Shown here: positions 53,949 through 64,000 of the stretch, piece by piece
How the letters are laid out: every line of letters starts with the position of its first letter
Numbering within the stretch: position 1 is the first letter of the stretch
DNA from: an uncultured virus (IMG/VR IMGVR_UViG_3300026479_000007)
Lineage: Duplodnaviria; Heunggongvirae; Uroviricota; Caudoviricetes
Reading direction: 5' to 3' (one strand)
DNA: 64,000 nt
Virus record (IMG/VR): IMGVR_UViG_3300026479_000007
Span: 62,001 to 126,000 of that record
Position numbers and translations under genes: made by a program
The notes under the pieces: generated by a model
What the model saw: the letters and a program-made list of their open reading frames with translations, nothing else
Told to the model about the DNA's origin: nothing
Databases searched by the model: none

Positions 53949-55937
53949 GTGGCTGGACAATATTTTTTTAAAATAGATGATAAATTTTTACCATTAAGTG
54001 GTGGTACTGTAAGTGGAAATACTTATATTCAAGCTAACTTATCTGCTAATACATTAAATATTGTAGATGTTCCAAGTAATGATAATTCTTTATTTCAAAT
54101 ATTAGCAAGAAATTCATCAAATGGGAATATAGATTATGTTGATGTTCAACATATAATTAGTGCAGCAACATCTCAAGATAAATATGTAACTGGAGCTACT
54201 TATAATCAAGAGTTAGATTTATTAACAATTTCTAGAAATGATTTTGTTACAATAGATGTTACAGGTATAACAGATACTTTTATTACAGGAAGCACTTATA
54301 GTAAAGAGAATGGTGTATTAACATTATTAGATAATGCTAATAATAGTATAAACATTGATGGTTTCTTTACAGGTGTAACTATTTCAAATACACTTTTTGT
54401 TGATGAGAATGGTGATGACTCAACTGGTGAAAAAGGTAGATTAGATAAACCATTTAAAACACTTTATGGTGCTAAAACAGCTTCAACATATGGTGATTTA
54501 ATATATGTGTTACCACAAACAATTGTTTTTGATAATAGTGATTCTACTGGTAATCAATATGATGGTGTTTGGCAGACTGAATTAAATTTATGGAAAGATG
54601 GTATAACGTATTATTTTTGTGCTGGTGTTAAAATTAATATGATTAATGAGGCACCAACTGGTCAAAGTGTTGGTCTATTCTCACCAAACGGAACAACTGG
54701 TGAAACATGTACAGTGTTGGGTTATTTAGAATTTGAAGCTACTGGTTTAGGACCAGATACAAGTAACGGTTTATCGATGTATTTCACATGTAATGGTGGT
54801 AATAATTTTAACTTCTTTTCAGAAACTAAAAGTTTAAGGTCTAATAGTTGTCAATTAATTGAAATCAGAAATACCGTTAATGACTGTAAATTCACATTAA
54901 TATCTGATGAGGAACACAAATACTTCTTATCTGGTAATGCTGGATATGGTAGTGTCTATACTATTATGGATTCCGAGTTTTTGGATTTTTCATCTTACGT
55001 AAAACGTAGATACTATTATGATTGCGCTTATTCTTTTTATATTAGAAACAATTGCACTTCATCTAATATTGATATAAATGGCGAATATATGTTGTCGTTA
55101 GCTCAAGTTTTTAATATGAGACAATTAACTTGTGGTAATATAAATGTCAACATAAAGGATATTTATTATCAAAATGCATATACAACATTCGCATATTACG
55201 GTGCAATTGTATCAACATTTATTAGTGGTGGTTGGGTTTTAAATATGAATTCAAATTTATATGATTATTCTGATAACAGTTTAACTACTGGTTTATTCTG
55301 GTTAAATCATTCTAATAATATTATAAATTATAAAGGTACTATAACAACAAAAACTAGTAGTGGTGTAGGTAGGTTTATTGTTAGTTCATCTAGTGGTAAT
55401 ATAATTAATTTTGATGGAGATATCAAGTTGTTAGGTACTGGGACAACTAGTAATGTTATTATGCAATCTTTTGGAACTTCAAAAGTTAATTTTAGAGGTA
55501 ATATAGAGGGTAATTTTAATTATACATTTCATCCTAGATTTGGAGGTGAGATAAATGTGAATAATAGTAAAATTATATCAACTGCTGATAGGTTTATATT
55601 ATATGACCATACAGATACTACAACATCAACATTTAGATTGAACAACTCTTATGTGAATGGTTATAATGATTTAGATTCTTATGGTGATGGACAATATTTA
55701 AACGTGTTAATTAATAATTCAAATATAGTTAATACAGGTAGTGGAGACACTTTAACTAATATAACTAATTTTGGTAGATTACAAGTAGTTAATAGTAGTA
55801 TCTATTCAAATAGTGGTTTATCGATTAATTATCCAACCACTTCTGAAGTAATCACATCGAATTTAACTGTAAATACTGATTATAGTGCGACAACACATAG
55901 TGGTGAAATAACGAAATTAACTGATTTAATTTATTAG
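53949..55937 (+). CDS. Tail fibre/tailspike with beta-helix-like C-terminal region
   Basis: FLPLSGGTVSG, YVTGATY repeats, LFVDENGDD..G.G..DKPFKTL..A followed by Asn-rich beta repeats. Confidence 0.7.
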   Translation: MAGQYFFKIDDKFLPLSGGTVSGNTYIQANLSANTLNIVDVPSNDNSLFQILARNSSNGNIDYVDVQHIISAATSQDKYVTGATYNQELDLLTISRNDFVTIDVTGITDTFITGSTYSKENGVLTLLDNANNSINIDGFFTGVTISNTLFVDENGDDSTGEKGRLDKPFKTLYGAKTASTYGDLIYVLPQTIVFDNSDSTGNQYDGVWQTELNLWKDGITYYFCAGVKINMINEAPTGQSVGLFSPNGTTGETCTVLGYLEFEATGLGPDTSNGLSMYFTCNGGNNFNFFSETKSLRSNSCQLIEIRNTVNDCKFTLISDEEHKYFLSGNAGYGSVYTIMDSEFLDFSSYVKRRYYYDCAYSFYIRNNCTSSNIDINGEYMLSLAQVFNMRQLTCGNINVNIKDIYYQNAYTTFAYYGAIVSTFISGGWVLNMNSNLYDYSDNSLTTGLFWLNHSNNIINYKGTITTKTSSGVGRFIVSSSSGNIINFDGDIKLLGTGTTSNVIMQSFGTSKVNFRGNIEGNFNYTFHPRFGGEINVNNSKIISTADRFILYDHTDTTTSTFRLNNSYVNGYNDLDSYGDGQYLNVLINNSNIVNTGSGDTLTNITNFGRLQVVNSSIYSNSGLSINYPTTSEVITSNLTVNTDYSATTHSGEITKLTDLIY

Positions 55938-55973
55938 AATAAAAAAAGAATATATAAAATATATTAAATAAAA

Positions 55974-57983
55974 ATGAGTTTAGAAAAAAGAATAAAAGGG
56001 CTAGTTGACTTAGATTATTTAAAAATTAATAGTCTTTATTCTGGTAGTTCTGTAAATAATTTAGGTATTGATATAAATGGTAATGTTGTTGTTGGTGTTA
56101 CTGGAGATACTAATTTTAATTATTATGTAACTGGGGGGACTTATGATTCTAATACTGATATTATAACATTAAATAGAAATGATAATGTAAATTTAGAGAT
56201 TTCTGGAATAACAGACACTTTTACTACTGGAGGTACTTATGATAACAATAGTGGATTAATTACTTTTGATAAAAATGATGGAACTAATTTTTTAGTAGAT
56301 TTATCTAGTTTAGATTTAAATGATACATATATTACAGGTCAAACATTTGATAATAATACTTATATATTATCTACTAAAAGAAATGATGGTGTTACTATAA
56401 ATTCAGATTTATCAATTTTAGCTTCAGATGTTTATGTTGTTAGTGGTGTTTATGATGTATTAACAGGTGTTGTTACTTATACTAATTCTAGTGGTGGAAC
56501 TTTTCAAGTTAGTGGTTTTACTACTGGAATGACAGATAGTTATACAAGTGCAGCTAATCTTAACGGTGAAGTAATTGAATTTGATAATAATATACAAGGA
56601 ACTAATTTATATAATGTAAATCTTTCCCCAGTATTAAGTGGAAAAACTAATAATACAGATTTTCATTCATATACAGCAGATACTAAAGTAGAAATAGATT
56701 CAAAATTAAATATAAATACATTTAATGTTTATAGTGGTGATGTACAAACACAATTAGACTCTAAGATTGAGAATGGCATTAATAGTGGTGGTGGAAATGA
56801 AGTTTTTAGTGGTAAGTCTGGAACTGATTTATATTTTAGAACACTTAGTGGAGGTAGTAACACAACAATAACTACAATAGATGATGTTATTAGAGTTGAT
56901 GTGAATGTACCTATCGATACAAATACATTTATTACAGGTGGTACATATGATGACTCTACTGATGTAATTACATTAACGAGAAATGATTCTGTTACAATAG
57001 ATATTACTGGTGTTACTGATACTTTTACAACAGGTGGAACTTATGATGATAATACATCTATTATTACATTTGAAAAAAATGATAGCACAACATATGATGT
57101 TGATTTAACATCCTTACCAGCGACAGATGAAGTCACAATAGAAGTTAATAATTTAAATGAAATTCAATTAAAAGAAATTGTTGAAGCACCAACTGGTGGT
57201 ACAAGGACATTTGATAGTTTTATTACAATAACAAGTGGTTTAACATTAAACAATTTATTCACAGGTACTTCAGTAAACAATTTAGGTGTAGATATCAATG
57301 GAAATCTTGTTATTGGAACAACTGGAGATACAGATACAAATACTTATGTAACTGGTTTTACATATGATGATATAAATACATTCACTATATCAAGAAATGA
57401 TAGTTTATCAGACTTAACAACAACTATATCAGTTTTATCTGGAGTTACTTATTATGGTGATGGAAGTAATTTAAGTGGTATATCAACAGATAATTTTTAT
57501 GTTACTGGAGGTAGTTTTTCGTTAGAAACTTTAACACTTGACAGAAATGATGGAAATAGTGTTATTGTTACTGGATTTACTTCACAACCAGATTTAAATT
57601 ATGGTGAAATTTTTGTTGGAGATTCTGGTAATACAGCACAATCAGTTCAGATGACTGGTGATGTAAATATAAATAACTTAGGAGTCACAACAATACAGCC
57701 AAATTCTGTTACTTACAATAAAATGCAAGATGTAACTCAAAAAGCTGTATTAGGTTCAGATGTTGTTAGTGGAGGTACTGTAACAGAAATACCAATTGTT
57801 GACCAATTTTTATCTTCAGGATTAGCAACAACTCTTTTGAGTAATGTTAGTAATTGGGATATAAATGGAATATATACAGGAAGTACTATATCAAATACTT
57901 ATCAAGGACAAATGTATTTCGATGGAAATTATTTTTTCATTGCTATTAATGATAATGATTGGGTTAGATTAATAAGAGGATAA
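55974..57983 (+). CDS. Tail fibre protein with TGGTY..RND repeats
   Basis: Many (Y/F)(V/T/I)TGGT(Y/F)...L.RND repeats; shares modules with the 60377 gene. Confidence 0.75.
   Translation: MSLEKRIKGLVDLDYLKINSLYSGSSVNNLGIDINGNVVVGVTGDTNFNYYVTGGTYDSNTDIITLNRNDNVNLEISGITDTFTTGGTYDNNSGLITFDKNDGTNFLVDLSSLDLNDTYITGQTFDNNTYILSTKRNDGVTINSDLSILASDVYVVSGVYDVLTGVVTYTNSSGGTFQVSGFTTGMTDSYTSAANLNGEVIEFDNNIQGTNLYNVNLSPVLSGKTNNTDFHSYTADTKVEIDSKLNINTFNVYSGDVQTQLDSKIENGINSGGGNEVFSGKSGTDLYFRTLSGGSNTTITTIDDVIRVDVNVPIDTNTFITGGTYDDSTDVITLTRNDSVTIDITGVTDTFTTGGTYDDNTSIITFEKNDSTTYDVDLTSLPATDEVTIEVNNLNEIQLKEIVEAPTGGTRTFDSFITITSGLTLNNLFTGTSVNNLGVDINGNLVIGTTGDTDTNTYVTGFTYDDINTFTISRNDSLSDLTTTISVLSGVTYYGDGSNLSGISTDNFYVTGGSFSLETLTLDRNDGNSVIVTGFTSQPDLNYGEIFVGDSGNTAQSVQMTGDVNINNLGVTTIQPNSVTYNKMQDVTQKAVLGSDVVSGGTVTEIPIVDQFLSSGLATTLLSNVSNWDINGIYTGSTISNTYQGQMYFDGNYFFIAINDNDWVRLIRG
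57452..57502 (+). repeat. 51-bp exact direct repeat (copy 1; copy 2 at 60637-60687)
   Basis: TTATGGTGATGGAAGTAATTTAAGTGGTATATCAACAGATAATTTTTATGT. Confidence 0.9.
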
Positions 57984-57984
57984 A

Positions 57985-60153
57985 ATGTCAGTTATATTAG
58001 TAAATAATAATAGATTAACGGTAAATAGTGGTAATCCACCTGATGACCCAACACCGTACAAAACATATACTAGACCTAGTGAATGGATTGATTTACCTTC
58101 AGTAACTAGTGGTGAAGATATAATACATTTATTGGTTGCGGTATTTGAAGATGGTGATAATTATTTAGGTTTTAGATGTGCTGGTGATTTTGAAGTTGAT
58201 TGGGGTGATGGTTTTAGTACTGGATATACTGCTAACCACCCAACAACTGGTGGTGATGTAACAACATATAATATACAATATAGTGGCGTTTCGTCAGCAA
58301 CAACAACAAGTTATGGTTATAGACAGGCAGTGGTAACCATTACACCACAAAGTGGACAGACATTAACGAATTTTGATATTGATGAAGTTCCTTTTGCTGG
58401 AACAGGTGGATATGGAAATACTTATAATGGTGTTTTAGAGATTAGATTATCTGTACCTAATTTAACATCGGGTGATTTAGGTAGTAGTTATAGTAATATG
58501 TTAGAACATATAGATTGGATTGGTTCTCATTCAATTACAAATGCTACTAATTTGTTTGGATATTCTCAAATATATAAGTTGAGTAATTTTGATATGTATG
58601 GAATTACTGATGCATCTAGTATGTTTATTGGTTGTAGTAATTTAATTGAAATACCAGATTTAGATACATCTAACGTGTTACAAATGGATAGTATGTTTTA
58701 TAATTGTAGTAATTTAGAAAGAGTCCCAATATTTGATTGTTCTTCAGTTACAACACTTTATAGAATGTTTTATAGTTGTAGGAGTTTAAGAGAAGTTGAA
58801 CTTAATAATACCACATCTTGTACTAACTTTAGAGAAACATTCACAACCTGTGTTGTATTAAGAAAGGTTCTTGGTATCAACACAGTTAATTCAACCAACT
58901 GTCAAGGGTTATTCCAAAATTGTTATGAATTATGGAGTTTACCACCATTAGATTTGAGTAATTGTACCACAACTAGTTTAATGTTTCAAGTGACTAGGTG
59001 GTTAACTAAAAATTTATCTATTAGTAACACTGGTAACGTAACTAATATGTCTAGTATGTTTAATGGTACTGGGTTATATAAAATACCGATGATGGATACG
59101 AGTAGTGTGGTTACTATGTCTAGTATGTTTTACAACACAAAAAACATTAAAACAATACCGTTGTTCGATACATCTAACGTGACTAATATGGTACAAATGT
59201 TCTATTCATCGGATATAGAGACACTACCACCACTAGATATGTCTAGTGTCACAGATGCTAATAACATGTTTAGACAAGCTACAGAATTAAGAGAGTTCCC
59301 AAATGTGGATACATCTAACATCCAAAATTTTTATAGAATGTTTTATGGTTGTACTCGTTTACAATCTGTTGGGGTTGATTTTTCAACGAGTAGTGGTACA
59401 AACTTTAGGGAAACATTTAGTGGTTGTTATGAGTTGAAATGGTTACCAACAATAGATTTCAGTAATAGTGTTACGAATGAATTATATACGTTCAAGGATT
59501 GTCGTAGTTTATCATCAATAACGTGTGTTGGTATGTCAGCTGTGACATATTGTTCGTTATGGTTCCAAAATTGTTATGAGTTGGAAAGTGTTAGTTTAGA
59601 TGATACATCAAATGTAACTACAATGCAAAGCATGTTTCAAAATTGTTATAAATTAGAAGAAGGTCCTGATATGGATTTGTCAAGTTGTACAAGTATGCAA
59701 CAAATGTTTTATGATTGTAATCGTCTGAAAAGTATACCACAATACAACACATCTAATGTTACCAGTTTGTATCAAACGTTTTATTCTTGTGGTATGTTAT
59801 TTGAGTTACCAACACTTGACACATCTAACGTCACAAACACATATAGGTGTTTTTATTCAACAACAAACCAATTAAGGAAAATAGGTTCTTGGGATTTGTC
59901 TTCCGTGACTGATGGTAGAGATATGTTTAATGGTTCCACATACAATCTATCTATTTGTAATATATATGGAGCTGTACAGAATTTAGAATTCCAAAATAAC
60001 AATTTAGATAGGGATAACATAGTGAATATATTCAACAATTTAGGTATAGCATCAGCTAAAGTTATAAATGTTAGTGGTAATCCAGGTACAGCAAATTTAT
60101 CTGCTACTGATATTTTAATAGCAACTAACAAAGGATGGACAGTAACAATATAA
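57985..60153 (+). CDS. BspA/DUF285-type leucine-rich repeat protein, putative receptor-binding protein
   Basis: Many DTSNVT.M..MF..C..L..P repeats; N-terminal VDWGDG (PKD-like); C-terminal IATNKGWTV. Confidence 0.85.
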   Translation: MSVILVNNNRLTVNSGNPPDDPTPYKTYTRPSEWIDLPSVTSGEDIIHLLVAVFEDGDNYLGFRCAGDFEVDWGDGFSTGYTANHPTTGGDVTTYNIQYSGVSSATTTSYGYRQAVVTITPQSGQTLTNFDIDEVPFAGTGGYGNTYNGVLEIRLSVPNLTSGDLGSSYSNMLEHIDWIGSHSITNATNLFGYSQIYKLSNFDMYGITDASSMFIGCSNLIEIPDLDTSNVLQMDSMFYNCSNLERVPIFDCSSVTTLYRMFYSCRSLREVELNNTTSCTNFRETFTTCVVLRKVLGINTVNSTNCQGLFQNCYELWSLPPLDLSNCTTTSLMFQVTRWLTKNLSISNTGNVTNMSSMFNGTGLYKIPMMDTSSVVTMSSMFYNTKNIKTIPLFDTSNVTNMVQMFYSSDIETLPPLDMSSVTDANNMFRQATELREFPNVDTSNIQNFYRMFYGCTRLQSVGVDFSTSSGTNFRETFSGCYELKWLPTIDFSNSVTNELYTFKDCRSLSSITCVGMSAVTYCSLWFQNCYELESVSLDDTSNVTTMQSMFQNCYKLEEGPDMDLSSCTSMQQMFYDCNRLKSIPQYNTSNVTSLYQTFYSCGMLFELPTLDTSNVTNTYRCFYSTTNQLRKIGSWDLSSVTDGRDMFNGSTYNLSICNIYGAVQNLEFQNNNLDRDNIVNIFNNLGIASAKVINVSGNPGTANLSATDILIATNKGWTVTI

Positions 60154-60157
60154 TAAA

Positions 60158-60355
60158 ATGGAAAAATTAGATACAAGTGGATTTTATAAGTTTGATGGTG
60201 AAAAATGGTTTTATGCACCTAATGCTGTTTATAATTTAAATTATACACTTTTAAAAGAAAATAAAGATACATATGAATATCCGATTGATGATTGGTTTTG
60301 GAGTCAAGAGTCTCCAGAAGAATATTTAATTTGGATAGAAAGTAATAAAGAATAA
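60158..60355 (+). CDS. Small fibre-associated protein (possible chaperone)
   Basis: 65 aa aromatic-rich ORF 4 nt after the LRR gene. Confidence 0.6.
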   Translation: MEKLDTSGFYKFDGEKWFYAPNAVYNLNYTLLKENKDTYEYPIDDWFWSQESPEEYLIWIESNKE

Positions 60356-60376
60356 AAATGATAATATTTATTAAAG

Positions 60377-63300
60377 ATGAGTGCAACTAAAAATATAAAT
60401 GCTGAAAAAATACAAGGAAATTTATCTCTCGATAGTGTTTCTGGAGTTACAATAAGTGGTGGAACTATTTATTCTGGTTCTACTGATTTATCTGATTTAT
60501 TTGTTACTTCTAATGTAAATGTTCAGCCAGGTATTAACATAAATACAGGAGGTACAGCAAGTAATCCTATTATAAATTTAGATGATGATATTTCTTTAAA
60601 TTCAATATCAACTAATATTATAAGTGGAGGTACTTTTTATGGTGATGGAAGTAATTTAAGTGGTATATCAACAGATAATTTTTATGTAACTGGCGGTACT
60701 TTTTCATCTCAAATTTTAACATTAGAAAGAAATGATGGCAATAATGTTTTAGTTAGTGGTTTTACAGATTTTTATACCACTGGAGGTACTTACGATAATA
60801 ATACTTCATTAATTACTTTTGAAAGAAATGATGGTAATTCTTTTGATGTTGATTTATCGTCAATAGATGTTAATGATACATTTGTAACTGGTCAAACTTT
60901 TAATAGTTTAACTTATAATTTATCAACAAGTAGAAATGATGGTATTACTATTAATACTGATTTATCATCTTTAGCATCTGATGTTTATGTTGTTAGTGGT
61001 ATTTATGATATATTGACAGGCATTGTCACTTATACAAATTCTACTGGAGGGACTTTTCAGGTTAGTGGTTTTACCACTGGAATGACAGATAGTTATACAA
61101 CAGCCGCTAATCTTAATGGTGAAACGATTGAGTTTGACAATAATATACAAGGAGGTAATTTGTATAGTGTAAACCTTTCCCCAGTCTTAAGTGGAAAAAC
61201 TGATTTAACATTATTTGATACACATACTGGCGATACAAATAACCCACATCAAACATCATTTAATAATTTAATATCTACAGCACATACTCATACAATATCT
61301 GATGTTACCAATTTACAGACCGAATTAGATTCTAAAATTCAAAACGGAATTAATAGTGGTGGTGCTAATGAAGTGTTTAGTGGCAAGTCTGGAACAGATT
61401 TATATTTTAGGACAATTAGTGGTGGTAGTAATACTACAATCACAACAATAGATGATATTATTAAAGTTGATGTTTCTATACCTATTGATACAAATACATT
61501 TGTTACTGGTGGTACATTCTCATCGGAAACATTAACATTAGATAGAAATGATGGTGGTAGTGTTGTTGTAACAGGATTTACAACAGGTGGTGGTGATAAC
61601 TTCTATGTTACTGGATTTACATATGATGATGCTAACACATTTACAATTAGTAGAAATGGTGGTTTAAGCGATTTATCAGCAACTATTAACACTCTTACAG
61701 GGTTAACAATAGATGGGGTGTTATCAGCATCTACATACACAGGTATAACACTTAACGATTTAGATGATGTAACAACAAATATACCAGCAACACCAGATAA
61801 TACATATCAAGGTAGATTACTTTATTTTGATGCACCTACTAATCAATGGTTAACAGGTGAAGAATATGTTTCTGCTGGTAATGTAACTATATGGAGTAAA
61901 AAAGGTTCTGCTGGAACAATAGATAAGGGTTGTCCAGTTTATATTACAGGGTTTGATAATGATATACATGAAGTTGAATTGGCTAATGCATCAACTGGTA
62001 GTACAATGCCAGTAATTGGGTTTACTGCTGAAGATTTTGATAATGCTGGTGTTTATCCACTTATCACTTTCGGTAAATTAAGCGGTATTGATACGACAAG
62101 TGGTTCAACAACTCTTAACCCATTTGGTGAAACATGGGAAGTTAATGATGTTCTTTATATGTCAAAAACTGATGGTGGGTTAACTAAATTCAGACCAACT
62201 GGTACAAATACACAAATACAAAGAATTGCTAAAGTATTAAATGTTGGTACTACAAACGGACAAATATTTATATTTAACACTGCTAGAACTGCTGGTTTAC
62301 CAAACTTAACAACAGGTTATTTATGGGTTGGTAATGGGGACAATTTACCACAAGAAGTTATTAGAACTGATGTGGGTATAACTACTACAGGATTTACATA
62401 TAATGATAATAACACATTTACGATAACCGATGATAATGGTGGTTCACTTACTTCAACATTTAATCAAGTTAGTGGTTTAACAATAAATGGTGATTTAGAT
62501 GTTACAGGTGATACAACACTTAATACACTAACAGCTAGTAGTATTACATCAAACTCGGCAATAGATGTATTTAACGGACATATTAATTTAAGAGATAATT
62601 CTTATTTCTTACAAGGTAGAACAATTGCTGATGTTAATGTATCTCTAATTGGTGTTGATAATCAAGATAGAGTATTTGTTGGTAATGCTGGATATGATAC
62701 ATACATAGATAGTGATACTATTGTAGATGGCAGTTTAACTGCTACAACATATTATGGTGATGGTTCTAATTTAAGCGGAACTACTCCATGGAGTCAATCA
62801 GGCACAAGTATATATTATAATGATGGAAATGTTGGTATTGGTGTTAGTGACCCAACATTTAATTTAGATATTGTTAGTAGTGGTGGCACATCTAGTTTTG
62901 AAGATATTGCTAGATTTAGAACTATAGATAGTACAGATTATTTAGCTATAACTAATGCTGTATCTACAGATGGTTCATTCAACCCAGTTTTTAGGTCTTT
63001 TAATAATACTAATACATCAACAAACTTATATATACAATCAGTTATAGACCCTTCTGTAGATACTGGTGTCAACCCATTGATAATGTTACAAGGTAGAGTT
63101 ACCACAAACCCTGGGGTTGACCCTTGGAGTGGTGTTACTACTAGACCCATTGTTAGAGTTAGAAACAATAGTGCTAACTTATTAGATGTAACAGCGGATG
63201 GTAAAGTTGGTATTGGTACAATTACACCAAGTGATATATTAGAAGTGACAGATGGTACAACAACATTTGCGACTAATTTAGATAATGGTAGTGGACCACT

Positions 63301-64000
63301 TATAAGTGTTGTAACAAGTGATACAGATAGTTTAATTAGATTTGGAGCAACAGATGGTACTAGTTCAATAAATGTCGGTACTGTCGGAACTACTTATTCT
63401 GGAATACAATCTTTTGGTGTACCTAGTGATAGTTATATTTATTCTAATTCTGCTGCAAATGGTTTAAATTTGATTAACGGACCTGGTACTGGAACAGAAG
63501 ATTACATTAGATTTTATGCTGGAGGTAATGCGTTATCAACTTCGCATTTACATATCCAAGGTTCTGGTAGTACAAAAGGATATATTGGTATTGGTACTGA
63601 AACTCCAACACAAAAATTACATATTTATGATTCAGTTGCAAATAGTTTAGCTAATTTTGAGAGTGGAGATGAAAGAGTAAATATTAGATTTAATGATTCA
63701 TTAACGACAAATACACCAGTCATTGGAGCAAGTGGAAACACTATTACATTTGGGCATATTTCAGGAGGAGATAAGTTAGTTATTGACAATGATGGTTATG
63801 TTGGTGTTGGTGTAGAAACTCCATCTGATAGATTGTCGGTATCTGGTTCAACAGGTCAGTTTCGTGCAAGAGTTGATAGAACGTTGCCATATACAGCTGA
63901 ATTTTATGGAAAGACAACAAATTCTTCTGGTTCAACAGTAATGCAATTAATTAACGATAATGTAAGTTCTATTGTTATGGGTGTATTAGGTTCAAATCGA
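60377..64000 (+). CDS. Long tail fibre protein (partial, runs off right edge)
   Basis: Not in the ORF track; ATG 60377 (MSATKNINAEKIQG...) is still in frame at spot checks up to the window end; TGGT/RND repeats then GNVGIG-type repeats; TATTTAT at 60365-60371. Confidence 0.85.
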   Translation, partial: MSATKNINAEKIQGNLSLDSVSGVTISGGTIYSGSTDLSDLFVTSNVNVQPGININTGGTASNPIINLDDDISLNSISTNIISGGTFYGDGSNLSGISTDNFYVTGGTFSSQILTLERNDGNNVLVSGFTDFYTTGGTYDNNTSLITFERNDGNSFDVDLSSIDVNDTFVTGQTFNSLTYNLSTSRNDGITINTDLSSLASDVYVVSGIYDILTGIVTYTNSTGGTFQVSGFTTGMTDSYTTAANLNGETIEFDNNIQGGNLYSVNLSPVLSGKTDLTLFDTHTGDTNNPHQTSFNNLISTAHTHTISDVTNLQTELDSKIQNGINSGGANEVFSGKSGTDLYFRTISGGSNTTITTIDDIIKVDVSIPIDTNTFVTGGTFSSETLTLDRNDGGSVVVTGFTTGGGDNFYVTGFTYDDANTFTISRNGGLSDLSATINTLTGLTIDGVLSASTYTGITLNDLDDVTTNIPATPDNTYQGRLLYFDAPTNQWLTGEEYVSAGNVTIWSKKGSAGTIDKGCPVYITGFDNDIHEVELANASTGSTMPVIGFTAEDFDNAGVYPLITFGKLSGIDTTSGSTTLNPFGETWEVNDVLYMSKTDGGLTKFRPTGTNTQIQRIAKVLNVGTTNGQIFIFNTARTAGLPNLTTGYLWVGNGDNLPQEVIRTDVGITTTGFTYNDNNTFTITDDNGGSLTSTFNQVSGLTINGDLDVTGDTTLNTLTASSITSNSAIDVFNGHINLRDNSYFLQGRTIADVNVSLIGVDNQDRVFVGNAGYDTYIDSDTIVDGSLTATTYYGDGSNLSGTTPWSQSGTSIYYNDGNVGIGVSDPTFNLDIVSSGGTSSFEDIARFRTIDSTDYLAITNAVSTDGSFNPVFRSFNNTNTSTNLYIQSVIDPSVDTGVNPLIMLQGRVTTNPGVDPWSGVTTRPIVRVRNNSANLLDVTADGKVGIGTITPSDILEVTDGTTTFATNLDNGSGPLISVVTSDTDSLIRFGATDGTSSINVGTVGTTYSGIQSFGVPSDSYIYSNSAANGLNLINGPGTGTEDYIRFYAGGNALSTSHLHIQGSGSTKGYIGIGTETPTQKLHIYDSVANSLANFESGDERVNIRFNDSLTTNTPVIGASGNTITFGHISGGDKLVIDNDGYVGVGVETPSDRLSVSGSTGQFRARVDRTLPYTAEFYGKTTNSSGSTVMQLINDNVSSIVMGVLGSNR
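60637..60687 (+). repeat. 51-bp exact direct repeat (copy 2)
   Basis: Identical to 57452-57502. Confidence 0.9.

Noticed and set aside
3..63168. Many short antisense or alternate-frame ORFs in the track (e.g. 3..254, 6470..6727, 13164..13703, 23294..23866, 27776..28177, 35482..35769, 38766..39113, 59853..60218, 62938..63168)
   Set aside because: They overlap longer, motif-bearing genes and show Ser/Phe/Ile-rich composition typical of the reverse complement of Glu/Lys-rich coding DNA.
1..64000. Stop-codon reassignment as in some Bacteroidota jumbo phages
   Set aside because: Conserved genes are full length under the standard code, TAG ends some genes at sensible positions, and no suppressor tRNA is present in the window.
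55974..64000. Diversity-generating retroelement or invertase shufflon acting on tail fibres
   Set aside because: No reverse transcriptase or recombinase in the window; the repeats are direct, coding, and their differences are not confined to adenines.

Overview
A 64 kb segment of a very AT-rich, T4-like (myovirus) jumbo bacteriophage genome read in the standard genetic code. The host is probably a Bacteroidota member, based on TTTG-N20-TAnnTTTG-type promoters and A-rich leaders without Shine-Dalgarno sequences. From left to right the window holds: baseplate/spike genes and adhesin-domain virion proteins; a gp55-like late sigma factor; a large glycan-modification region (8-9 glycosyltransferases, FkbM methyltransferase, sulfotransferase, APS kinase, a HIGH-family nucleotidyltransferase, DUF2061); PhoH; several acidic putative internal head proteins; thioredoxin; prohead protease, scaffold and major capsid protein; a Hef-like endonuclease; GlnRS, DHFR and tRNA-Gln/Asp/Glu; neck, tail terminator, sheath and tube; and modular tail fibres including a BspA/DUF285 repeat protein. 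The main leads are: (1) a phage-encoded PAPS/sulfotransferase/glycosyltransferase pathway that could make sulfated glycans; (2) a catalytically dead paralogue of the prohead protease; (3) two short peptide motifs shared by scaffold and acidic head proteins that look like capsid-targeting signals; (4) a recurrent TATTTAT motif upstream of late genes, matching the reverse complement of the T4 late promoter. All functional calls come from motif recognition by eye; no database searches were run.
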